Under the pieces are notes generated by a model. That model searched no databases, was not told the DNA's origin, and saw only the letters and a program-made list of their open reading frames with translations. The position numbers and the translations under genes were made by a program. Below, piece after piece: positions 1-10,316 of a stretch of DNA of 64,000 bases. Position 1 is the first letter of the stretch, and the number at the start of each line of letters is the position of its first letter. This DNA comes from a virus. The stretch spans positions 1 through 64,000 of IMG/VR virus record IMGVR_UViG_3300023106_000002; one strand, 5' to 3'.

Positions 1-2
1 TT

Positions 3-1703
3 GGAGGTTTCAATTTGATTGTAGGTAAGTCAAGACGTAAAGGATATTCATATAAGAATGCAGCAGTAGCAGTTAAGAACTACTTATGTTATCCTAAATC
101 ATTAACTATCTTTGGAGCATACGAAAAGAAATACCTTTATCCTGAAGGTATCTTTACTATGGCGAATAACTACATCAACTTTATTAATAGTAATACAGCT
201 TGGGTTATGCCTAAAGATGTTATTGATAGAGAAGGTCACGTTAAAGCTAGTTACATTACATATAAGAATGGTGTAAAGATTGAAGAAGGATTTAAGTCTC
301 AAATCATGGCATTATCATTCAAAGATAATGCGGATGCTGCGCGTGGAAAAGATGCTTATGATATATTCTTTGAAGAATCGGGAGCATTTGGTACACCTGA
401 ATTGTTGAAGAACTCTTATGCTGCAAGTGAAGATTGTGTTAAGGCGGGTAACATTAAGACAGGTATGATTACTGTGTTTGGTACATCAGGAGATATGTTT
501 GGTGGTACTGCGGATTATGCTGACATGCATAGTAGACCATTAGCATTTGGTATGTTACCATTTCAAAATACATGGGATGATGATAGAGAAGATACTAAGT
601 GCGGTTTCTTCCACCCTATTAACTGGAACATGGAAGGTTTCTACGATGCTATGGGTAATAGCGATGTAGCGGGTGCTAAAGCTGTTGAGAAAGCAGAACG
701 TCAATTATTAATTGATAATGGTGCTAGTACAACAGATATACAGAAAAGAATGCAAGAGAAACCATTTGGTCCTTTTGAAGCATTTGGTATGGTATCTTTC
801 AACAACTTTCCAGTACTTGAGTTGAAACGTCAACTTGATATGGTTAAGAGTAAGAAGTTACATTTAAGTAAAGGAACTCCAGTTAATCTGTTTTATGATG
901 GTGTTGAGAAGAGAGTAAGAGCAGATGCTATTTTAGATGGTAGTGCGAATCCTATTTATCACATGAAACCTGAAACAACTTCATTAACAGGTTGTCCTAT
1001 TATATATGAATACCCAGCATTCCAAGCACAACAAGAAGCATACAAGATAGGATATGATCCTTATCGTCAAGAGAAAGGAACATCTTTAGCAGCTATATAT
1101 GTTTACAAAAGTGTTATCAAAGGTTCATTTACAAAGAACATTATTGTAGCTGAATACGTAGGTAGACCTGAAAGTGCTGATGATGTCAATTATATTGCTC
1201 GAATGTTTGCTGAGTTGTATAATACCAAGGTGATGCATGAAAATGAAGTCACCCATGTTAAGGATTACTTCAGAAGACGTAAATGGTTGCAGTATCTTGC
1301 ATTACAACCTGATGCAGTAATTAAAGCAAATGTTAAGAACAGTAGAGTAAACAGAATCTTTGGTTGTCACATGAATGACAAAATGAAAGATGCTGGAGAA
1401 AAGTACATCAAAGATTGGTTACTTGAAATAAGTGATTATGATGAAGATGGAAATCCTATCAGAAATTTAGATAAAATCTTTAGTATTGGTTTACTTGAAG
1501 AATTGATTGCATACAACAGAAAAGGAAACTTCGATAGGGTTATGGCATTGATGCAAGTTATGTTTCAAGATCAAGAACCTTTAGTAGGAAAAGAATACGA
1601 ACAGAAAGCAACCATTACAACTACAGGTAAAAGATTGCTCGATATGCGTAATAATATGTTTGTAAAAAATAAAAGTACTCAATTTAACCAAAGAATGAAT
1701 TAA
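3..1703 (+). CDS. terL: Terminase large subunit (5'-truncated by window edge)
   Basis: Frame open from position 3 (GGFNLIVGKSRRKGYSY, crAss-type Walker A); Walker B-like DIFFEESG; RNase H nuclease motifs IGYDPY and GNFDRVMA; directly upstream of portal. Confidence 0.93.
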   Translation, partial: GGFNLIVGKSRRKGYSYKNAAVAVKNYLCYPKSLTIFGAYEKKYLYPEGIFTMANNYINFINSNTAWVMPKDVIDREGHVKASYITYKNGVKIEEGFKSQIMALSFKDNADAARGKDAYDIFFEESGAFGTPELLKNSYAASEDCVKAGNIKTGMITVFGTSGDMFGGTADYADMHSRPLAFGMLPFQNTWDDDREDTKCGFFHPINWNMEGFYDAMGNSDVAGAKAVEKAERQLLIDNGASTTDIQKRMQEKPFGPFEAFGMVSFNNFPVLELKRQLDMVKSKKLHLSKGTPVNLFYDGVEKRVRADAILDGSANPIYHMKPETTSLTGCPIIYEYPAFQAQQEAYKIGYDPYRQEKGTSLAAIYVYKSVIKGSFTKNIIVAEYVGRPESADDVNYIARMFAELYNTKVMHENEVTHVKDYFRRRKWLQYLALQPDAVIKANVKNSRVNRIFGCHMNDKMKDAGEKYIKDWLLEISDYDEDGNPIRNLDKIFSIGLLEELIAYNRKGNFDRVMALMQVMFQDQEPLVGKEYEQKATITTTGKRLLDMRNNMFVKNKSTQFNQRMN

Positions 1704-1708
1704 TTTCA

Positions 1709-1716
1709 TAGTTTTG
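1709..1716 (+). promoter_or_regulatory. Putative Bacteroidota sigma-A -7 element (TAGTTTTG) upstream of portal
   Basis: Matches TAnnTTTG in the 40-nt intergenic gap; no convincing -33 element. Confidence 0.45.
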
Positions 1717-1743
1717 TAATAATCTCTCATTTACATATAAACA

Positions 1744-4170
1744 ATGGCTACAACAACAGGAAACAGGATAACCACAGACCAACATAGACTTACTCGTTCC
1801 CAAAAGGAAGCGAATGAATTTGCTTGGTATAAAACTGAAATTGACCGGTATGATGCAGAATCTTTGCGAAGTGCTAATGGTTTCGGAGATATTAGTGAAT
1901 ACAAAAGGATAAAAGTTAACTGTGACTTATATAATGATAAGTTAGATATGTCAGAACTTGCTTATGTATGTACACCTTTTGGAGCAGAAGCAGGAGAACT
2001 TCCTGCTACTATGGCAAATAGAGATATTGTATCTTATCGTATCAAGGCATTACTTGGTATGGAATTAAGGAGACCTTTTGGTTATAAGGTACTTGCTACT
2101 AATAGTGAAGCTACTACTCGAAGAGAAGAAGAAGAAACTAATAGAATTCGTGAATATGTTATTGAGCAGATTATGATTCCTGTTAGGCAAACTGCTGAAT
2201 TAAAATATCAAGAAGAACTTGCAGGAGAAGGATTAACTCCAAGACAAAGACAAGAGATACAACAAAAGATTGAACAAGAGATAGTCAATCAAACTCCAAA
2301 AGAAATACGTAAGTATATGGAACGAGATCATCAAGACCCATCTGAGGTACTTGGTCATCAAATCATGGAATACTTAATTAAAGAACAAGACCTCAAACGC
2401 AAGTTTAACAATGGTTGGAAATATGCATTACTAAGTGCTTATGAAGTTTACTTTGTAGGTATCTTGAATAGCAAACCTATTATGAAGGTTGTCAATCCAA
2501 TCAGATTCAATTGTGATAAATCACCTGATATTGATTTTATTGAAGATGGTTCATGGGCAGTAGCTGAATACAGAATGTCACCAGCAAATGTTGTAAGGAG
2601 TTTCAAACTTGAAAACAAGGAGATTGACAGTATATATAAAGATCACGAACATTATGTATCTCGTAAATCAGAAGATGTACAATTCTTTGCTGAGAATCAA
2701 GATGCTTTCTATAATGAGTATGTTGATACAGAAAACACTATCAGAGTAATACATACTCAATTTACAGGATTACGTAAAGTAGGTTTTCTTGATTACATTG
2801 ACGAGAATGGAGTATTGCAAACTAAGTTCTTAGTAGATGAGAACTATAAGTTTAATGCTGCTCATGGAGATGTAGCTATACTTTGGGAATGGGTTCCTGA
2901 AGTATATGAAGGATGGAAGATTGGTGCTGACATATATAAGAATATGCAACCTGTTGAAGGGCAGTCTAAAGACATTGATACTATGTGGGAAACTAAGTTA
3001 TCCTATCATGGTGCACTTTATGATAATACAAACTCTGCTCCTACAGCACCAATGGACAGAATGAAAGGTTATCAGTACTACCATAACATTGTATTATATC
3101 GTCTCGAACTTTTATTAGCTTCTGATAAAGGTAAAAAAATTATGATGAATATTAATAGTATTCCTGAAAGTGCAGGTATTAATGTAGAACAATGGCAATA
3201 CTTCTTTGAAAGTACACCTTTCATGTGGTTTAATCCTGATGAAGAAGGTACAGGACAGCAAGATGTAAATACAATTGCTAAGGTACTTGATATGTCATTG
3301 GCATCTGATATACAACGTTACATCGATCTTGCTGAATACCTTGAACAGAAATGTGGTAAAGCAGTAGGTATTACAGATGCAGTATTAGGTCAAACAGCAG
3401 CTAGTAAATCAGTAGGTAATAACCAACAAGATTTAGTTCAAACTTCACATATCTTAGAACCTTACTTTGCACTTCATAATAGTGTGAAGAAGAATGTAAT
3501 GAATACATTGTTGAATGTAGCTAAGATTGCATATAGAAATTCAAACCTTAAAGTACTTAACTATGTTCTTGATGATATGTCAAGACAGACATTGAACGTG
3601 GATATTTCTCTCTTAGATAATGCTACATTAGGTTTATTTATTGAGGATTCAACAGAAGCACAAGAAACAAGGGACTTAATCAAATCATTGGCACATGCTG
3701 CTATGCAGAATCAAGCTATTGAATTCTCTGATATATTAAGTGTTGTGAAAGAGAAAGGTACTCAAGAAGCTGAAGAAGTACTTAAAGCATCTGAGAAAGA
3801 ACGTCAACAAAGAGAGCAAGCTGCTCAACTTAGAGATCAAGAATTCAAAGCTGCTGAAGAAGAAAAGAAACGTGCACATGATAAAGAAATGCATCAATGG
3901 GCACTTGATGAAATTATCGTTAAAGAAGAAGAAAGACGTAAAACAGTTGTACAAACTCAAGCTATGTTATCAGTAGGTTTTAATGAAAATAAAGATTTTG
4001 ATAATGATGGTGAATTAGATGTAATGGAAATTGCTAAGTTCTCTACAGAAGCTAATATCAAAGTAAGAGAACTTGATCTAAGAGAAAAGGAGTTTGCGCA
4101 TAAAGTAAACGATGATGCCATTAAGAATAAATTAGCAGAAAAGCAAATAAATACGAAAAAAACAGCATAA
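1744..4170 (+). CDS. Portal protein
   Basis: 808 aa between TerL and scaffold/MCP; crAss-portal-like WEWVPEVYEGWKIG and LASDKGK motifs, C-terminal coiled coil and DFDNDGELD motif. Confidence 0.88.
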   Translation: MATTTGNRITTDQHRLTRSQKEANEFAWYKTEIDRYDAESLRSANGFGDISEYKRIKVNCDLYNDKLDMSELAYVCTPFGAEAGELPATMANRDIVSYRIKALLGMELRRPFGYKVLATNSEATTRREEEETNRIREYVIEQIMIPVRQTAELKYQEELAGEGLTPRQRQEIQQKIEQEIVNQTPKEIRKYMERDHQDPSEVLGHQIMEYLIKEQDLKRKFNNGWKYALLSAYEVYFVGILNSKPIMKVVNPIRFNCDKSPDIDFIEDGSWAVAEYRMSPANVVRSFKLENKEIDSIYKDHEHYVSRKSEDVQFFAENQDAFYNEYVDTENTIRVIHTQFTGLRKVGFLDYIDENGVLQTKFLVDENYKFNAAHGDVAILWEWVPEVYEGWKIGADIYKNMQPVEGQSKDIDTMWETKLSYHGALYDNTNSAPTAPMDRMKGYQYYHNIVLYRLELLLASDKGKKIMMNINSIPESAGINVEQWQYFFESTPFMWFNPDEEGTGQQDVNTIAKVLDMSLASDIQRYIDLAEYLEQKCGKAVGITDAVLGQTAASKSVGNNQQDLVQTSHILEPYFALHNSVKKNVMNTLLNVAKIAYRNSNLKVLNYVLDDMSRQTLNVDISLLDNATLGLFIEDSTEAQETRDLIKSLAHAAMQNQAIEFSDILSVVKEKGTQEAEEVLKASEKERQQREQAAQLRDQEFKAAEEEKKRAHDKEMHQWALDEIIVKEEERRKTVVQTQAMLSVGFNENKDFDNDGELDVMEIAKFSTEANIKVRELDLREKEFAHKVNDDAIKNKLAEKQINTKKTA

Positions 4171-4218
4171 CTCGGATAAAGCTATTACTCACATAATGCA
4201 TAAGAGTTCATATTCATA

Positions 4219-4249
4219 CTTGGAAATAATAAATAATTAATTAAATTTG
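4219..4249 (+). promoter_or_regulatory. Putative host sigma-A promoter for the capsid operon
   Basis: TTG at 4220-4222, 19-nt spacer, TAAATTTG at 4242-4249, 7 nt before the ATG at 4257. Confidence 0.6.
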
Positions 4250-4256
4250 TATCACT

Positions 4257-5432
4257 ATGTCAAAAGAACAAGATAATTTTTGGGAACAAGGTGGTCAAGC
4301 AGAGGATGTTTCATTCTTTGATATGACAGCACCTGAAACAACTACAGAAGATGTAGTTGAAGCAGCAATTGAAGATGATATTGCTACTCCCGCTGAACCA
4401 GCAAAGAAAGATGCTGAAGGTAATGATATTGTGGAGGAGGTCGATCCTCTAAAAAATGTATCCTTCTTCGCAGAAGATGACAATGAATCTGATGACGATG
4501 ACGAATCATCTGTTGCTGGTACTGGAGATGAGAATAAAGCAACAGTAGTTAAAACTTCAGCAGTATCAACTTTAGAATTCCTTAAAGAAAAAGGACTTGT
4601 AAACTACGAACTTGAAGATGGTGTAACACTTACTGATGACCTTGCAGCAGAAATCTTAGAAGATAACTATGAAGATTCAGTAGATGCCGCAGCAGCAGAT
4701 AAGATTAAAGGTTTACCTGATTTCTTGAAAACTGTTATTCAAGTTGCATTAAATGAAGGAGATGTGATTGGTACTTTGCAACAAGTTATCAATGCTAAGA
4801 AAACAGGTATTACTAAAGATCTTGATATGGAAGTAGAAGCCAATCAGATCAAAGTAATGGAGCAGAACTTGAGTAACTTAGGTTATGATGCAGAAGATAT
4901 TGCTCAACATATCGAAGTACTTAAAGACAATGGTAAATTGAAAGCAATGTCTGAAAAAGCAAAAGACAAGTTCATTGCTGATGATACTAAGAATCAAGAA
5001 GCTGCTGTAAAAAGAGCAGCAGAAATGAAAGAAGCAGACAAAGAAAGTAAACGTCAATACAGAGCAGATATTGCTGAACTTGCAACTACTACTAAAGTAG
5101 CTAAAGGCATTGTACTTAATAAGAAAGATCAAGAAACTCTCCCAGCATATATAGCAGATGCTACTATTAAATTGAAAGATGGAAGACAGATCACTCCTTT
5201 ACAAGAAGCTATATTCAGCATCTATGCTAAAGGTAATGAAGAGAAACTCTTTGCAGTAGCTAAGTTGTTTGCATCAGACTTTGATTTAAGTTCAGTAGAA
5301 CGTAAAGGAGAATCAGCAGCAACTCGCACAGTTAGAGATACAGTACAAAACAATAAAGGTAAAAATATTACAGGGTCTAATACTGGAAGTTCACGTCCAA
5401 ACAAAGCAAGAAATCTTGCGGATATACTTTAG
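4257..5432 (+). CDS. Putative capsid scaffolding protein
   Basis: Very acidic disordered N-terminus plus helical body; position between portal and MCP as in crAss-like phages. Confidence 0.65.
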   Translation: MSKEQDNFWEQGGQAEDVSFFDMTAPETTTEDVVEAAIEDDIATPAEPAKKDAEGNDIVEEVDPLKNVSFFAEDDNESDDDDESSVAGTGDENKATVVKTSAVSTLEFLKEKGLVNYELEDGVTLTDDLAAEILEDNYEDSVDAAAADKIKGLPDFLKTVIQVALNEGDVIGTLQQVINAKKTGITKDLDMEVEANQIKVMEQNLSNLGYDAEDIAQHIEVLKDNGKLKAMSEKAKDKFIADDTKNQEAAVKRAAEMKEADKESKRQYRADIAELATTTKVAKGIVLNKKDQETLPAYIADATIKLKDGRQITPLQEAIFSIYAKGNEEKLFAVAKLFASDFDLSSVERKGESAATRTVRDTVQNNKGKNITGSNTGSSRPNKARNLADIL

Positions 5433-5466
5433 ACTTAATCATTAATTCAATAACAATTAAACAACT

Positions 5467-6921
5467 ATGGCTACATTAGGAAACAGGTTGCTTATCAAAG
5501 AGATGGAGTGGCAGTCAAATATGACTGAACAATCTCACTTAGGTAGAGCATTACTTGCCAGACCCGCAAAGGTTCAGAGTACTATGGATAAGTTGTTCTC
5601 TGCGCAGAACTACTATTCAGACAATCCACTTGGTTCAGCACTTATGGGTACACCTCATGGTGAAGAAACAATTGGTACTACCTCATGGGAATGGGATTTA
5701 AAAGGTGCTGATACGCGACCACTTATTGTGGTTGAGAACATCGAACCTGCTGCTACCACTTACGGTAAGTTCAAGAAAACATTTAAACTGAAGCTCGATG
5801 AGAACTGGTACTTGCCAGGAGATGTACTAAGTCCGGGAACTTCTGATAAGAGATTCCAAGTACGTGTACAGAACCAAGTACAGAAACATGGTGATGGATT
5901 CGTGTATGTTGTTCGAGTTAACTCGGATGATAACCAAGCAAACATCCCTGCTAAGTACTTGAATGCAGGTCAACAATGGGGGAAACTCTTCTCTCAATAC
6001 GAGGAAGCTGCTGAGCAATCAGGTTCTACTGTATTCAGTATGCCAATTGCATTCACCAACAAGATGTCTAAATACAGAAAAGAGTATCGTATTACTGACT
6101 ATGCTTCAACTGAAGTATTGGCTGTAAAGATCGCTGACTCAAAAGGAAAGCTACAAGATTCATGGATGCGTTATGCTGATGTTGAATACTGGATGCAATG
6201 GTACAGAGAACTTGAAAGAGGTCGTTGGTATTCAAGAAGTGCTGAAACAGTAATTGGTGGTAATGGTAGACCAGTACGTATGGGAGCAGGAGTTCAAGAA
6301 CAACTTGAAGATTCTCACCAACACCGTTACTCTCACTTGACTGCTAAGTTGATTGAGGAGTACTTAATGGACATCTTCTATGGTCGTGTAAAACCTGGAA
6401 AAGGACGTAGAATTAAAGGTTATACTGGTGAATACGGTATGATTCAATTCCACAGAGCGATTCAAGACTGGCAGAACAAGAATGGTTTTATCAAGAATGT
6501 AGAGTTGTTTACCAATAAAGTACAGTCTGATATTCATACCAATGCTCTTGAAACTGGGTATCAATTCGTAAGATATAACATGGCAAATGGTTCTTCTTTA
6601 GAACTTGTACATAATCCTATCTACGATGATAGAAGTTTGAACTTTGAGATCGATCCTGTTACAGGATTCCCAGTTGAATCTCAACGTATTACTTTCCTTG
6701 ATTTTACAGGAGAAGGTGGTAAGTCAAACATCAAGATCATGAAGAAAGAGAATGGTTCAGCCTTTACATACGTTGAAGGTATGTATGGACCTTATGGACC
6801 AAAAAGTGGTGGTAGTTCAGCACATGCTGGGTCTTACTATGAAATGCACGTAGAGCAATCTGAAGGTATTCATATTGAAGACATCACCAAATGTGGAGAA
6901 CTTATACTTTCACGTAACTAA
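5467..6921 (+). CDS. Major capsid protein
   Basis: 484 aa; crAss MCP-like motifs (WEWDLKG, LVHNPIYDD, HIEDITKCGEL); followed by a strong terminator. Confidence 0.88.
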   Translation: MATLGNRLLIKEMEWQSNMTEQSHLGRALLARPAKVQSTMDKLFSAQNYYSDNPLGSALMGTPHGEETIGTTSWEWDLKGADTRPLIVVENIEPAATTYGKFKKTFKLKLDENWYLPGDVLSPGTSDKRFQVRVQNQVQKHGDGFVYVVRVNSDDNQANIPAKYLNAGQQWGKLFSQYEEAAEQSGSTVFSMPIAFTNKMSKYRKEYRITDYASTEVLAVKIADSKGKLQDSWMRYADVEYWMQWYRELERGRWYSRSAETVIGGNGRPVRMGAGVQEQLEDSHQHRYSHLTAKLIEEYLMDIFYGRVKPGKGRRIKGYTGEYGMIQFHRAIQDWQNKNGFIKNVELFTNKVQSDIHTNALETGYQFVRYNMANGSSLELVHNPIYDDRSLNFEIDPVTGFPVESQRITFLDFTGEGGKSNIKIMKKENGSAFTYVEGMYGPYGPKSGGSSAHAGSYYEMHVEQSEGIHIEDITKCGELILSRN

Positions 6922-6935
6922 GGAGTGTTTTAGAT

Positions 6936-6970
6936 AACTACATGCTCAGTAAGATGAGCATGTAGTTTTA
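6936..6970 (+). terminator. Intrinsic terminator after MCP
   Basis: Perfect 13-bp stem AACTACATGCTCA / TGAGCATGTAGTT, 6-nt loop, followed by TTATAT. Confidence 0.8.
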
Positions 6971-7000
6971 TATAAATGTCAAAGACTAAAAAAGAAGATT

Positions 7001-7861
7001 ATGACAGACTTAACAGAAGATGTAACACAAGAAGTTACTCTTAATAAAAGAAAATACTTGCCTAATAAAACTACATTAGTTGAGGTAAGACCTATTGAAA
7101 GAAAGAAATGGCATGGTAAGAATGGTGCTGAAAGCTTCCAAAGAGCGAAGAAATTTCAAGTACTTGTTGATCCTGCATCAATGACTTATGCTACAGGATT
7201 GAATGAAGATGAAATTGTAGAACTTAGTAAGAAAGTTAACTATGATTTATCTAATAACTTCAACTCAGAAGAACAACATCCTTTTTGGGATTCACCAATG
7301 GGAATGTTTAAGTTGGAGAACTATACAATGTTCTTTGATATTATGCAGCCTCTTAATTATATTAAGATTAAGAACATGCTTGCAAGTAAATACGTTGCAA
7401 ATTCAATGAAGGAATACGAAGAAGGTTTATTTCCTGAAGCAACACATGTTATTTTCGATGAAGCATTAGCAGCAGAAGAAGAAGCATCTAAAGTTGAATT
7501 GAAAGATAGAGCAGTTGTTGCAAAAGTAGCAATGACTAAAGACAGAAAGATTGAAATTATCTTGGCTATCGATCACAAAAATTTGAAAGGTCAAAGCGAT
7601 AACTTCGTTAACGTAGCACTTGACAAACTTATTCAACGTGACGCACAAGCTTTCTTGCACTATGCAGATATGAACAATGAACAACTTGCCCTTTATGCCC
7701 TAGTATTGGAAGCGTTACAAAAAAGTGTATTACGTAAAGATGGTCATAAAATCCTTTACCATGAATCACAGATTGGTACAGATGAAATGGATGTAGCAAG
7801 ATACCTGCATAATCCTGAAAATCAAGATTTGAAACTTAGATTAATGGCTCAAGTAAACTAA
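7001..7861 (+). CDS. Conserved crAss-like capsid-module protein
   Basis: 286 aa immediately after MCP; HPFWDS motif; syntenic position. Confidence 0.6.
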   Translation: MTDLTEDVTQEVTLNKRKYLPNKTTLVEVRPIERKKWHGKNGAESFQRAKKFQVLVDPASMTYATGLNEDEIVELSKKVNYDLSNNFNSEEQHPFWDSPMGMFKLENYTMFFDIMQPLNYIKIKNMLASKYVANSMKEYEEGLFPEATHVIFDEALAAEEEASKVELKDRAVVAKVAMTKDRKIEIILAIDHKNLKGQSDNFVNVALDKLIQRDAQAFLHYADMNNEQLALYALVLEALQKSVLRKDGHKILYHESQIGTDEMDVARYLHNPENQDLKLRLMAQVN

Positions 7862-7866
7862 GAGTT

Positions 7867-8577
7867 ATGTCAATAGCAAGTATGCATTACGACTTCAAGA
7901 TGAAGTTTAACAAAATAGACAGTCAATCAAACAGGAACTTTTTAGTTCCTGAGATTGATTGGATGTTAAATGAAGCAGCAGGTATATTTGTAAGTTTGAT
8001 TGCAGAACCTCGTAAGAGAACTGCACTAGGTTTTGAAACAAGTGAAAGAAGTATCGAAGACATATATAGCATAGTTGTCAGTAATGATAATCTTTGGCTA
8101 CCAGTAGTAAACAATGTAGCTGCTTTACCAGCAGATCATTGGTACACTATAAAAGCTAGAGCAAGAGCAACTAAAGGAAAATGTATCGATAAAATAGGAA
8201 GAGTATTTGTTGTTCAGCATGATGATATGACAGAAGAGTCTTCCTTATATAATTCATCTTTTGAATGGAGAGAGTTTAATGCTCATCGATTTAATGGAGG
8301 ATTGAAGTTCCTAACTGATGGAACATTTACTATTAATGATGTTTGTGTCAATTATATTCGCAAGATGAGTTATATGCATTATGCACAAGGTTTCGGTAAC
8401 GGAACTTATAACTCTCCTTTAACTGGGTTGCCTTTAACAGGGTCTGTAAATTGTGAACTTCCAGTAACCACCCATTCAGAAGTTGTGGATATAGCTGTTA
8501 TGATTGCTTCAGGCAATATTCTTTCATCATACTACCAACAGAAGTTGGCAAAATTAAATTTTAATCAATTAACTTAA
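7867..8577 (+). CDS. Putative head-tail connector ring protein
   Basis: KFNKIDS...PEIDWMLNEA, GFETSERSIEDI and CELP...HSEVVDIAV motifs typical of crAss ring proteins. Confidence 0.65.
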   Translation: MSIASMHYDFKMKFNKIDSQSNRNFLVPEIDWMLNEAAGIFVSLIAEPRKRTALGFETSERSIEDIYSIVVSNDNLWLPVVNNVAALPADHWYTIKARARATKGKCIDKIGRVFVVQHDDMTEESSLYNSSFEWREFNAHRFNGGLKFLTDGTFTINDVCVNYIRKMSYMHYAQGFGNGTYNSPLTGLPLTGSVNCELPVTTHSEVVDIAVMIASGNILSSYYQQKLAKLNFNQLT

Positions 8578-8588
8578 ATTAAATTATT

Positions 8589-9806
8589 ATGAGCAATAGA
8601 AACAACGATGTGTTTCAGGTACTCGTGACTTCAGGTAATCAAGCATTACTTGCTGCTGGTGCTACAGAAGATACACTTGCTGTAGGTCAACTTGGCTGCT
8701 TCGATGCTGATACTGGTCTTTCTGTAACAACTGCAACGAAGAGTTTCTACTTTGCTGTTGGTTTAGGAGCAAGTGGAGGTACTCTTGAAGACATTAGAAG
8801 GTCTGCTGGACAGTTCATTCAAAGGAAAGGCATTAGCGCTTTGTCTTTTAAACCTCATACAGCAGGTAGACCTAATGTGTGGAAAGTATCAGGATACAAA
8901 GCAACATGTGATACTGATTATGCTGTTAAGGTAGAATTCAGAAACTCACGTATTTACAAGCTTCAAGGCTTTAGCAATTTCACTAAAACTTACGCTGTAA
9001 GAAGCGCATGTTGTGATGGTTGTGGAGATGGATGTGATACAGGTGCATCAAATGACTTGACAATTAAATTGTTTAACGAGATCAATAATGACGTTAAGCA
9101 AATGCTTACTGCTCAAATTACTGCTCGTCAAGCTGTGACAAGTGCAACTCATGGTACATCAGTTAACTATGCTATCAATGCAGTTATGACTGTAGCTGAT
9201 GCTAGAGCACTTGATACGTATAATGCGTTATCAACTACAACTGATGCTCAAAAGGTATATACAGATTTGGTTATCATTTCTAAACCTTTAGCTATTCCTG
9301 CATCAAACACTACACCAAACTTGCATTTCCACAAGTTTATTGAAACAGCTATCATTGTATCATTGGTAGATGGTTTCTTATGCGCTGGAACTGCAACTGA
9401 GGCACAAACTTTAGCGCTTGAAGAAGGTACTGGAAACAGCATCAGACAGAAAGAGTATCATGCATCAGCATGGAATGGAGCAGGACCTTATGTAGTATCT
9501 GATACAACAAGTACAGGAAAAGACATTCCTCTTTATGCACTTAACGCAGGGAAGTATGATCAATTCGCACTTGAATATTTCTTCACTACTGAATCAGGTT
9601 GGTTAGAGTATTCAAATACTTTGAGTACAATCTTTGCAGTTCCTGAAGCAGATACAGTAACACGTAATGCATTAGCAACATTGCTTGATTTGGAAACAGT
9701 TACATTAGGATTTGAAGCATTAGCAGATGATGCTGCTGCGGCAAGTGTAACACCTACTGTAATTGAACCTCAACCAGCAAATGCAACTAAAGATGGTATA
9801 GCGTAA
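8589..9806 (+). CDS. Putative auxiliary capsid/structural protein
   Basis: 405 aa Ala/Thr-rich, EEGTG motif, followed by a terminator-like hairpin suggesting high expression. Confidence 0.55.
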   Translation: MSNRNNDVFQVLVTSGNQALLAAGATEDTLAVGQLGCFDADTGLSVTTATKSFYFAVGLGASGGTLEDIRRSAGQFIQRKGISALSFKPHTAGRPNVWKVSGYKATCDTDYAVKVEFRNSRIYKLQGFSNFTKTYAVRSACCDGCGDGCDTGASNDLTIKLFNEINNDVKQMLTAQITARQAVTSATHGTSVNYAINAVMTVADARALDTYNALSTTTDAQKVYTDLVIISKPLAIPASNTTPNLHFHKFIETAIIVSLVDGFLCAGTATEAQTLALEEGTGNSIRQKEYHASAWNGAGPYVVSDTTSTGKDIPLYALNAGKYDQFALEYFFTTESGWLEYSNTLSTIFAVPEADTVTRNALATLLDLETVTLGFEALADDAAAASVTPTVIEPQPANATKDGIA

Positions 9807-9830
9807 GCTATATCATCTTTCCCTTCGGGG
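9789..9830 (+). terminator. Hairpin with stop codon in a GUAA loop, followed by a C(UUCG)G mini-hairpin
   Basis: AAAGATGGTATAGC-GTAA-GCTATATCATCTTT (14 bp, one G.U) then CCC-TTCG-GGG. Confidence 0.5.
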
Positions 9831-9852
9831 CAATAACATTAATACTTATATC

Positions 9853-10311
9853 ATGGGAAACATCATAGAGAAACTAGGTAGACAAATTACAGATTTGTAC
9901 TCAAGAATTAGAAAACTTGAATTGTCAGGAGGAGGAAGTGGAATTCCTGATGCTCCTAGTGATGGGCAAATGTATGTAAGACAAGGTGGACAATGGGTAG
10001 TGTTATCTGCATCAGGAGTAATACCTACACTACAACAAGTATGTGAGGCTAGTACAACAGAAAGTTTGTATGCTGAAACAACACTACCAATGAGAGTTAC
10101 TTTTAATGGAGGTAGTACTACATTATCAGGTATAGAAGTAGAAACGATTTCAGCAGGAAAAAGTGTAGCAATAACACCAAGTACTTTAGAATATAGAGGT
10201 ACTGGACAGAATGCTGTACTTAAAGACAATGATGATATAGATACTGAATCAGGAGCAAGAACATTTGTATTTAATGGATTTGCTCAAGGACAACTTGCTT
10301 TAGAACCTTAA
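9853..10311 (+). CDS. Small trimeric fibre protein with fibritin-foldon-like motif
   Basis: N-terminal coiled coil, GGG linker, GIPDAPSDGQMYVRQGGQWVVLS resembling the T4 foldon [24 protein letters not shown]. Confidence 0.65.
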   Translation: MGNIIEKLGRQITDLYSRIRKLELSGGGSGIPDAPSDGQMYVRQGGQWVVLSASGVIPTLQQVCEASTTESLYAETTLPMRVTFNGGSTTLSGIEVETISAGKSVAITPSTLEYRGTGQNAVLKDNDDIDTESGARTFVFNGFAQGQLALEP

Positions 10312-10316
10312 AACTT

